NCBI RefSeq assembly: GCF_049240505.1
Contig: NZ_JBMLSM010000005.1
Location: 7,015 to 71,014, forward strand
Length of the DNA: 64,000 bases
Direction: 5' to 3'
DNA from: Novosphingobium sp.
Lineage (GTDB): Bacteria > Pseudomonadota > Alphaproteobacteria > Sphingomonadales > Sphingomonadaceae
Part shown: positions 27,679 to 35,572 of the stretch, piece after piece
Numbering within the stretch: position 1 is the stretch's first letter
Layout: the number at the start of each line of letters is the position of its first letter
Notes under the pieces: model-generated
Seen by the model: only the letters and a program-made list of their open reading frames with translations
Told to the model about the DNA's origin: nothing
Database searches by the model: none
Translations under genes and position numbers: made by a program

Positions 27679-28401
27679 CTAGTTGCGATCCGTATCAAGG
27701 AACGATGTGAAGCGTTCCAGCGCGCCGGATGCGTTGAACATGTGTGCGCGCATCTGCTTGGCTGCATCCTCGCCATCACCGCGCATGATGGCGTCCAGCA
27801 GGCCCTGATGTTCGCCCCGGGACAGGGCCGGACGTCCGCCTTCCCGCAGTTGCGCCCGGCGGAACGCAGCCATGCGTTCGCGCAGCGCCTTGGCCTGTTC
27901 GACGATGAAAGCGTTATGCGTGCCTTCATAGATCGTATCGTGGAAGCGCCAGTTCAGCCGATCGTATTCGTCGATATCACCGCGTGCCACGGCATCGGCC
28001 GATTCCTCGTGGATTCGCCGCAGATGATTACGTTCCAGCGGTGTCATCCGCCACGCGGCAAGCCGCACGCACAATGCCTCGATCTCTGCGGAAAGTTCGA
28101 ACATTTCAAAGATGCGTGCGGCGGTCATCGCGGCCACAACCGCTCCCCGGCGCGGGCGCATCTCGACCAGACCCGATGCGGAAAGCTGGCGCAAAGCCTC
28201 ACGCACCGGTGTGCGCGATGCGCCGAATCGGGTGCCAAGCTGCTGTTCGTCCAGTTGCGTTCCCGGCGCGATCAGGCCGGCGGTAATCTCGTCAGCCAGT
28301 GCCAGCCTGATGCGTTCCGACAGCAGCGGCGCGGCTGAGGGGTCTTGCTCTGCATTCACAGGTGTTGCATTCCCAAATGTGCGAATACGCGAATCTTGCA
28401 T
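27679..28401 (-). CDS. GntR-family transcriptional regulator (FadR/FCD subfamily), probable malonate-locus regulator
   Basis: 240 aa from the ATG at 28401. wHTH LDEQQLGTRFGASRTPVREALRQLSASGLVE plus a C-terminal helical FCD-like domain. It is divergent from matB. The track start at 28683 is an extension. Confidence 0.85.
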   Translation of the reverse strand: MQDSRIRTFGNATPVNAEQDPSAAPLLSERIRLALADEITAGLIAPGTQLDEQQLGTRFGASRTPVREALRQLSASGLVEMRPRRGAVVAAMTAARIFEMFELSAEIEALCVRLAAWRMTPLERNHLRRIHEESADAVARGDIDEYDRLNWRFHDTIYEGTHNAFIVEQAKALRERMAAFRRAQLREGGRPALSRGEHQGLLDAIMRGDGEDAAKQMRAHMFNASGALERFTSFLDTDRN

Positions 28402-28457
28402 ACACGAAGGCCGGAAACAACCGGTGTCATCACAACCGTCGCTCACCACCAACAACA

Positions 28458-30002
28458 ATGGGTGCCCCTTTGGCCGAATCTGCCGCGCAGTCCATCCTGT
28501 CCCTGTTCCTCGCCACCTGCACCGCTTCGCCACAGGCACCATTCCTGATCGCGCAGGATGGCAGCGTGCTGACATATGCTGCCGCCTTCGCGCGTTCGGC
28601 ACAGTTGGCCCATGCTTTTCGCGCAAGCGGTGTGCAGCCGGGGGACCGGATTGCCGTGCAGGTGGAAAAGTCGCAAACCGCACTGCTCACCTACCTCGCA
28701 GCCTTGCAGGCAGGTGCGGTCTATCTGCCCTTGAACACAGCCTATACCATTGGCGAAGTTCGCTATTTCCTGGGTGATGCGGGTCCATCGCTGGTCCTGT
28801 GCCGCCCGGATGACGAACCGGCGATGGCCGCGCTCTGTACCGACCTTGGCGTGTCCGCGTGGCTGACGCTCGATGCCGATGGCACCGGCGGAACGCTGAT
28901 CAATGCCGCCGCCGGTCAGCCTGAAACCTTCGATTCTGCGCCCGCCGCCGCTGATGGCCTTGCCGCCATTCTCTACACGTCGGGAACAACCGGGCGCAGC
29001 AAGGGCGCGATGCTCAGCCACGCCAATCTCGCCTCGAACGCGCTGACCTTGCGCGAATACTGGTGCTTTACGGCAGAGGACCGCCTGCTCCACGCCCTGC
29101 CGATCTTCCACACGCACGGGCTGTTCGTGGCCACGAATGTGACGATCGCGGCAGGCGCGGCGATGATTTTCCTGCCGAAGTTCGATGCCGATGCGCTTGT
29201 CAGTCTGATGCCTCAAGCCTCGGTGCTGATGGGTGTGCCCACGTTCTACACGCGGCTCCTGACCCACACCGGTTTCACGCGCGAACTGGCCGCTGGGATG
29301 CGCCTGTTCGTCTCCGGCTCTGCCCCCCTGTCTGCCGAAACGCACAAGGAATTCAGCGCTTTGACAGGCCATGCCATCCTTGAACGTTATGGCATGACCG
29401 AAACCAACATGAACACGTCGAATCCCTATGACGGCCTGCGCAAGCCCGGCAGCGTCGGCTTCCCCCTGCCCGGCGTGGCGGTGCGGATCGCCGATCCTGA
29501 AACTGCCACCGTTTTGCCGCAGGGAGAGATTGGCGGGATCGAAGTGAAAGGCCCCAATGTGTTCGGCGGCTACTGGCAGATGCCGGAAAAGACCGCGCAG
29601 GAATTTCGCGCGGACGGTTTCTTCATCACCGGCGACCTCGGCTTTATCGACGCTGACGGCTATGTCCACATCGTCGGCCGGGCCAAGGATCTGATCATCG
29701 CGGGCGGTTTCAACATCTACCCCGCCGAAGTCGAAGCCGCGCTGGACGAGATTCCCGGCATTGCCGAAAGCGCGGTGATCGGCGTGCCGCACGCCGACAT
29801 GGGTGAAGCCGTGGTCGCGGTGGTCAAATCCACCGATGGCGCGCTGGATCAGGCAGCAGTGCTTGCCGCGCTGAAAGACAGCCTCGCCCGCTTCAAGCAG
29901 CCGCGCGCGGTCGTCTTTGTCGAAGAACTGCCGCGCAATACGATGGGCAAGGTGCAAAAAGCCCTGCTACGGGAGACTTACGGGACACTCTTCAGCCAGT
30001 AA
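28458..30002 (+). CDS. matB: Malonyl-CoA synthetase-like AMP-dependent acyl-CoA ligase
   Basis: PGDRIAVQVEKSQTALLTYLAALQAGAVYLPLNTAYT and AMP-binding motif ILYTSGTTGRSKG, plus GDLG..DADGY and PRNTMGKVQK. It is followed by a MatC-type carrier. Start chosen at ATG 28458. Confidence 0.8.
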   Translation: MGAPLAESAAQSILSLFLATCTASPQAPFLIAQDGSVLTYAAAFARSAQLAHAFRASGVQPGDRIAVQVEKSQTALLTYLAALQAGAVYLPLNTAYTIGEVRYFLGDAGPSLVLCRPDDEPAMAALCTDLGVSAWLTLDADGTGGTLINAAAGQPETFDSAPAAADGLAAILYTSGTTGRSKGAMLSHANLASNALTLREYWCFTAEDRLLHALPIFHTHGLFVATNVTIAAGAAMIFLPKFDADALVSLMPQASVLMGVPTFYTRLLTHTGFTRELAAGMRLFVSGSAPLSAETHKEFSALTGHAILERYGMTETNMNTSNPYDGLRKPGSVGFPLPGVAVRIADPETATVLPQGEIGGIEVKGPNVFGGYWQMPEKTAQEFRADGFFITGDLGFIDADGYVHIVGRAKDLIIAGGFNIYPAEVEAALDEIPGIAESAVIGVPHADMGEAVVAVVKSTDGALDQAAVLAALKDSLARFKQPRAVVFVEELPRNTMGKVQKALLRETYGTLFSQ

Positions 30003-30027
30003 CCGAAGTCGGGAGGGGGTAAGAACA

Positions 30028-31260
30028 ATGATCCTGCTATCGGTGGCGATCCTGATCGTCATCTTTGCCGCTGCCGTCTGGCTGCCGGTCAACATGGGGC
30101 TGATCGGCCTTGCCGCTGCGCTGGGCCTTGGCGTTTTCGTCGGCGGCCTTTCGGTGAAGGACGTGCTGGCGGGCTTCCCGACCGATCTGTTCCTGACGCT
30201 GCTGGGCATCACGTACCTGTTCGGCATCGCCAGCCGCAACGGCGCGATAGACTGGCTGGTGGCGCGTGCTGCCGCGCTGCTGGGTCGGCATACGGCGCTC
30301 CTGCCCTTGCTCGTCTTCGTCGTTGCCGGCGTGCTGACAGCGCTGGGCGCGGTCGGCCCCGCTGCGGTTGCCGTGGTCGCGCCGATTGCGCTGCGCTTTG
30401 CCCGCAGTCATGGATTCTCGTCCCTGATGATGGGCCTGCTCGTGGTCCACGGCGCGCAGGCGGGCGCGTTTTCGCCCATCTCGATCTATGGCGGCATCAC
30501 CAACAAGGTTCTGGCGTCCAGCGGGATAGAGCCTGATCCGACGTATCTGTTCCTCGCCAGCGCCGCCTTCAACGCCGCGCTGGCGCTGGTGATCTGGGCC
30601 TTCTATGCGCGCCGCGAAGCTGCCAGTGGCGTTACGCACGAAGGCATCGCAGAAGCGCCCCCTGTTCTGGGCCGCGACGGTGCGTGGACGCTGGTCGGCC
30701 TTGCCGCGCTGGCCATCGGCGCACTGCTGTTCAAGATCGACATCGGCTTCATGGCGCTCATGGTGATCCTTGCGCTGGCCATCGTCGCCCCGCGCACACA
30801 GGACGGTGCGCTGAAACAGGTCGATTGGTCCACGATCCTGCTGATTTCGGGCATCGTCATCTATGTGGGCCTGATGGAAAGGCTGGGCACGCTGGCCGCT
30901 GTCAGCGACATGATCGGACAGGTCGGCTCACCGGCTCTGGCGGTATTGCTGCTGTGTTATCTGGCAGGCGTCGTCTCGGCTTTCGCTTCGTCCACCGCAT
31001 TGCTCGGCGTGATGATCCCGCTGGCGGTGCCGCTGCTGGCGGGATCGCAGCTATCGGTCATGGCGGTGATATCGGCGCTGTGCATCGCCAACACCATCGT
31101 CGATACGTCCCCCTTCTCGACCAACGGCGCGCTGATCGTCGGCAATTCGCCCGAAGCCGAACGTCCCGCAATGCTGCGCAAACTGCTGGGCTATGCTGCA
31201 TTGATCGTGGGCGTGGGGCCGCTGCTGGCCTGGGCGGTGTTTGTGCCGATCTTTCAATAG
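30028..31260 (+). CDS. matC: MatC-type dicarboxylate (malonate) carrier
   Basis: 410 aa, polytopic. GFPTDLFLTLLGITYLFGIA..GAIDWL and VVHGAQAGAFSPISIYGGITN resemble the MatC family as I recall it. GGGAGGGGG lies upstream of the ATG at 30028. Confidence 0.7.
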   Translation: MILLSVAILIVIFAAAVWLPVNMGLIGLAAALGLGVFVGGLSVKDVLAGFPTDLFLTLLGITYLFGIASRNGAIDWLVARAAALLGRHTALLPLLVFVVAGVLTALGAVGPAAVAVVAPIALRFARSHGFSSLMMGLLVVHGAQAGAFSPISIYGGITNKVLASSGIEPDPTYLFLASAAFNAALALVIWAFYARREAASGVTHEGIAEAPPVLGRDGAWTLVGLAALAIGALLFKIDIGFMALMVILALAIVAPRTQDGALKQVDWSTILLISGIVIYVGLMERLGTLAAVSDMIGQVGSPALAVLLLCYLAGVVSAFASSTALLGVMIPLAVPLLAGSQLSVMAVISALCIANTIVDTSPFSTNGALIVGNSPEAERPAMLRKLLGYAALIVGVGPLLAWAVFVPIFQ

Positions 31261-31300
31261 GATTCTTGCCATTGCGCAAGCGTTCGACAATGCTGCGCCG

Positions 31301-34174
31301 ATGGGAAGGATTGCTGGCAAAAGGCTGTGCGTCGTAATCGGCGCGGTGGCAATCGGGCTTGGCATCGGAACGGCTCATGCCGAGCCGACGGTGCAGCAGC
31401 GCGCAAAGCTGGACACGATGTTTGCCGCCGCCGATGCGCTGGATGAAGGGGCGGATCCCGCAGCCTATCGCAAGGCCTTCGAACAGGTTCTGGCTTATGG
31501 TCGCACGCTCTATCCCGAAGGCCACGCCGAACTGGCATGGCTTGAGGCAGAACTTGCCACCGCCGATTATCTGCAGGGCGATGTGAAGGGCGGCGCTGCC
31601 CGGCTTGAACGCATTGCAACCGTGCTTGATGCTGCGGGGCCGCAGTGGCGCGAACGGCGGATGCTCGTCGCCAATGCGCAAGTCGTCATGTATCTGACGC
31701 TGAGCGAGTTCGAAAAGGCAACTGCGCTTGGTCAGCAGGTGCTTGACTGGCGCGTGGCCACATCGGGCGGGCAGCCCAGCACCAATCTTGCGGCTGCATG
31801 GTCCAACCTTGCCAACGCGCAGATCCGCAATGGCGAGACGGACCGCGCCATTGCCAGCGTGCGCGAAGCGATTGCCATCGACCGCCGCCTATCGCCCATA
31901 CCCGTCAATGCCGCGCCGCATTTTGCCAATCTCGTCACGTTCCTCTATTCTTCGGGCAGGCTTGAAGAAGCGGCTGAGGAAGGACGCAAGGCGCAGGCGT
32001 TGCTGGAAAGTTTCCTGCCCGAAAAGCACCCGTTCCTTGCTGTCAATCTCAACACACTGGCCCGCGTGCTGATGGACCTTGGACGCCTGGACGAAGCCGA
32101 GGACGTGGCGCGCAGGGGTATGGATCTGGCCTATGCGCGCTTCGGCGAAAGCCAGCAAACATTGAGCTACGTGGCCACGCTCGCCAATATTCTTGCCGCA
32201 AATGGCAAGGTGGCAGAGGCGCAGAACCTTGCCCGCGCGGCGGCGGACAAGATGGTGCAGGATCTGGGGAGCGAGGCCGATCGCGCCCTGCTCGCGCGGG
32301 AAACGCTGGCCCTGACATTCGCTGCAGAAGGCGATACGGACCGTGCGCTGGCAGAATATGCGACGGTATCCGACGTGCGCACCCGCCGCTATCCGCCGCA
32401 CCATCGTGAAAGGATCGATGGGGAAGATCGCCTTGCCATTGCCGCTTTCGAGGCGGGCGATCCTGCGCGGGCGCGCGCTGTGCAGCAAGGCGCGCAGGAT
32501 TTGCGCAAGGCGGGCGGCATGATGGCCGATAATGCCGCGCTGGTGGGTGAAGCGCGGCTTGCGGCGTTCGAAGTGTTTGCCGATGCCGGTGGTCAAGATG
32601 CGCCGACAGGGCTTGCCCGCGCCCTTGCCGCCGCCTCCGGGCTGGACCTGCGCCTGCGCGAACTGGAAGCGACCGGGGCGCGCCGGTCCGGGCTGGACCG
32701 TTCATTGCGCACCGGCTTTGGCTGGGCGCTGGAAGCGGCGGCGCAGGCGGGCGATGTGGCGCAGGCCTTTGCTTTGGCGCAGCCGGTGGTCGAAGGCTCA
32801 GCCGGGATTGCCGCCCGCGCTGCCGCGCGCCGGATGGCCGCGCTCGATCCAGCCAGGGCCGCGCTCTTGCGCGAACGGCAGGATGCGGCGGTGGCGGTGC
32901 AGGCCCTGCTCGACAGGCAATTGCGCCTTGCCGGACAAGGCGCCGCGCCAGATCGGCTTGTTGCGCTTGAGGCAGAGCGCACCGCCGCCACTGCGCGGCT
33001 TGACGCCCTGACGGCTCAAGTGGCTGAAATCGCGCCCGAACTGGTGCGCAGTGAAGTGACCGACCGGCTTACTTTGCCTGCCGCGCAGGGTTTGCTGCAC
33101 AAAGACGAAGCGCTGCTGATTGTCGCGCCGGGGCCACAGGGGCTGGTCATCATCGCGGCCAATGGCAAGGCGGCGGTCGTCGTGCGCAGCGGAACGTCGC
33201 GCCGCGCTGCCAACTTGGTCAAAAAATTGCGCAAGAGTCTGGAAACGCAGGGCAATTTTGATCATGCCGCCAGCGCGGAACTGCGCGGTATGGTCCTGCC
33301 TGCAGCCGTCGCCCACATCATCGGTAAGCGCAGGCGCGTGCTCATTTCAGCAGGTGGTGCGTTTTCCTCGCTGCCCTTTGCCGTGCTGGCAGGCGGCAGT
33401 GCAGAACGACCGCGTTGGTTGGTGGAAGATCACGCACTCGTAACTTTGCCCAGCCTCGCCACAATGTCTGCCAAGCCTCGGGAAGCGCACGAGAAACCGC
33501 GTGCTTACCTTGCGCTTGGTGCGCCGCAGCTTGGGCGTGATGGTCTCCAGCTTGCCAGCGCCACCCCCTTCCGCTCCGCCGCGAATGCGCAGCGCCTCGC
33601 CGATCTCCCGCCCCTTCCCGCCAGCGCTGCGGAACTGGCCGCATTGGGCCGGGCGCTTGGCGCGCGGGAAAGCACGGTGCTGACGGGGGGAGACGCGACC
33701 GAGGCGGCGTTGATCGGCGCGGACATGGCGCAGGTCGATGTTCTTGCGCTTTCGACGCACGGGCTTGTTGCCGGAGAGATCGACGGGCTGCACGAACCTG
33801 CGCTGGTGCTGACCCCGGCGGGCGAAGGGGATGGGCTGCTGACGGCGGACGAGATCATGAACCTCAGGCTTTCTGGGGCCTGGGTGGTTCTATCGGCCTG
33901 CAACACAGCCGCCGGTTCAGGCATCGACGGAAGCGGGCTTGGCGGATTGGCGCGGGCTTTTCTACACGCCGGGGCGGGCAACCTGCTGGTTTCGCACTGG
34001 GCGGTGCGCGATGATGTGGCGGCGCGATTGTCGGTCGAAACGCTGTCGCAATTCGCGCGGGGAAGCGATCCGGCGACGGCACTTCAGCGGGCGATGCTGG
34101 CGATGGCAAAAGGGCGTGATGCAGGCCTGCGTGACCCCGCGCTATGGGCGCCTTTCGTGTTCGTAGGACGCTGA
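31301..34174 (+). CDS. Secreted TPR-repeat / CHAT-domain (caspase-like) protein
   Basis: Signal-like N-terminus GKRLCVVIGAVAIGLGIGTAHAE and a long helical TPR-like region. The C-terminal CHAT domain carries a His/Cys dyad context (VLALSTHGLVAG ... VVLSACNTAAG). Confidence 0.8.
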   Translation: MGRIAGKRLCVVIGAVAIGLGIGTAHAEPTVQQRAKLDTMFAAADALDEGADPAAYRKAFEQVLAYGRTLYPEGHAELAWLEAELATADYLQGDVKGGAARLERIATVLDAAGPQWRERRMLVANAQVVMYLTLSEFEKATALGQQVLDWRVATSGGQPSTNLAAAWSNLANAQIRNGETDRAIASVREAIAIDRRLSPIPVNAAPHFANLVTFLYSSGRLEEAAEEGRKAQALLESFLPEKHPFLAVNLNTLARVLMDLGRLDEAEDVARRGMDLAYARFGESQQTLSYVATLANILAANGKVAEAQNLARAAADKMVQDLGSEADRALLARETLALTFAAEGDTDRALAEYATVSDVRTRRYPPHHRERIDGEDRLAIAAFEAGDPARARAVQQGAQDLRKAGGMMADNAALVGEARLAAFEVFADAGGQDAPTGLARALAAASGLDLRLRELEATGARRSGLDRSLRTGFGWALEAAAQAGDVAQAFALAQPVVEGSAGIAARAAARRMAALDPARAALLRERQDAAVAVQALLDRQLRLAGQGAAPDRLVALEAERTAATARLDALTAQVAEIAPELVRSEVTDRLTLPAAQGLLHKDEALLIVAPGPQGLVIIAANGKAAVVVRSGTSRRAANLVKKLRKSLETQGNFDHAASAELRGMVLPAAVAHIIGKRRRVLISAGGAFSSLPFAVLAGGSAERPRWLVEDHALVTLPSLATMSAKPREAHEKPRAYLALGAPQLGRDGLQLASATPFRSAANAQRLADLPPLPASAAELAALGRALGARESTVLTGGDATEAALIGADMAQVDVLALSTHGLVAGEIDGLHEPALVLTPAGEGDGLLTADEIMNLRLSGAWVVLSACNTAAGSGIDGSGLGGLARAFLHAGAGNLLVSHWAVRDDVAARLSVETLSQFARGSDPATALQRAMLAMAKGRDAGLRDPALWAPFVFVGR

Positions 34175-34180
34175 AACGGC

Positions 34181-34213
34181 GGTCTAAGTGCGGCTAGGTG
34201 CATCTAGGTGCAG
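34181..34213 (-). repeat. Tandem array of about three phased 10-bp repeats related to 11491-11540, opposite orientation
   Basis: The minus strand reads CTGCACCTAG ATGCACCTAG CCGCACTTAG ACC. The array fills the 40-nt spacer between the CHAT-gene stop (34174) and the convergent DUF2332-like stop (34215). Confidence 0.85.
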
Positions 34214-34214
34214 T

Positions 34215-35312
34215 TCAGAAAATGCCCTTCAGACCGTACCATTCGAACCATTCGGCATAGGGGTGGCAGTGTGCTGCGACCACGGTACGGCCAGCGGCGC
34301 TGCTGCCATCCCACAGGGTGACCCGCAGTTCCACCGTGCTGCGATCCGCGCTCCATTCCATGCCGATGCGGGCCAGCGGGCGCGAAGGGGTTGCAGCAGT
34401 GGCCGCGAAAGTGAGCGCGGCATCCACCGCTGCGCGTTCGACTTGCGGCATGTATTGCACGACCATCGAATGCACGATCACGCGCCGCGTGCCCTGCCTT
34501 TGCGGACGGGCAAGCTGCATGGCGAGCCAGCGACTGGCGAGGCCCGTGGCGACTTGTGGTGGATGCGACCGCGCAACCGCGATGGCCGCGCGCAGGCGGA
34601 CGCTGCGGGCGCGTTCGCCCGCCCAGATATAGGCATGAAGCCGTTCACAATCGGCATCGTTGCCGATATCGAGCGGACTGAGATCGACGCCTGCCGCGCG
34701 TTCGATGACCAGCGGGCCGGGCGGCGGGGAAAGCCCATGCCAGCGCGGGGCAACCTGCACCGGATTGTGAACATCGCCACTGAATGTCTCGCCCATCACG
34801 CAGCCATAGCGCGCAAGATTGAGGTTCAGCCCGGCGCTGCTGCCCAGTTCCAGCACTTCGCAAGACAGGGCAGCCGGCGCGTTCAGTTCCAGAAGGGCGG
34901 CCACGAAACCGGCGACGCGGGCCACTTCGTTGGTCTGGGTCGGCCCTGCCATCCATTCCATCAGTTCGGCGGTGTGGTGGGTCAACACATCGGCCAGAAG
35001 CCGGTCAAGCTGTTCGGGTTCCGGGCAGGTTTCTGCGGTGGCAGTGCGATAGAGCCGCTGCAATGCACCGTGCTTGCCCGAACGGGCCAGCGCGTGCAGC
35101 CCCGCGTTGAGGCGGAAGATTACGCCTGCACCAGCAAGATCACCTGGCCAGCGTTCAATACATTGGCGCATCTGCGGAGCATCGGGCAGGACACGCGCGA
35201 GGCTTGTCATTATGGCAGCGAGGAAGCCTTTGCCGAAGTCCCGCGCCTTTGCAGCCTCTATCCGCAACTGTGCCTCGGCCCGGCCTGTGGCACATGGCGC
35301 TGGCCGGTTCAT
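34215..35312 (-). CDS. DUF2332-like protein (uncharacterised, methyltransferase-like fold suspected)
   Basis: 365 aa from the ATG at 35312. General resemblance to the DUF2332 family (..GKGFLAAIM..WPGD..GVIFRLNAGLHALARSG.., LELGSSAGLNL). The plus-strand ORF 34188-35369 was judged a shadow. Confidence 0.5.
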   Translation of the reverse strand: MNRPAPCATGRAEAQLRIEAAKARDFGKGFLAAIMTSLARVLPDAPQMRQCIERWPGDLAGAGVIFRLNAGLHALARSGKHGALQRLYRTATAETCPEPEQLDRLLADVLTHHTAELMEWMAGPTQTNEVARVAGFVAALLELNAPAALSCEVLELGSSAGLNLNLARYGCVMGETFSGDVHNPVQVAPRWHGLSPPPGPLVIERAAGVDLSPLDIGNDADCERLHAYIWAGERARSVRLRAAIAVARSHPPQVATGLASRWLAMQLARPQRQGTRRVIVHSMVVQYMPQVERAAVDAALTFAATAATPSRPLARIGMEWSADRSTVELRVTLWDGSSAAGRTVVAAHCHPYAEWFEWYGLKGIF

Positions 35313-35572
35313 GGTTTCGTCAATTGTGGGAACTGTCGCGGGCAGGGACAAAACAGATACTTTCGTTGAAACCGGCAATATGTGCAGGCCGAAAATAGGC
35401 GCTCATGCCCAACAGGGTGCCAATGCCAACTAGGGGTAAGTCCCTATTCGCTGCGCAAGGTGATACAAATATCTGATAATATCGGTAATTTTACATAGCC
35501 CTGCGCAGCATCAGGGTTAATAGCCCGTGATTATTGGTGATACTCGACAGAAATCGACCATTCCAAGTCGAC

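Noticed and set aside
35473-35492. CTGATAATATCGGTAATTTT, with Fur-box-like hexamers, upstream of the TonB-dependent receptor at 35573. GCTAATGATTACTATTTG at 59258-59276, upstream of the atypical receptor, is similar.
   Set aside because: Only about half of the consensus positions match and the dyad symmetry is poor. Both sit in generally AT-rich promoter DNA, which is not enough for a call.
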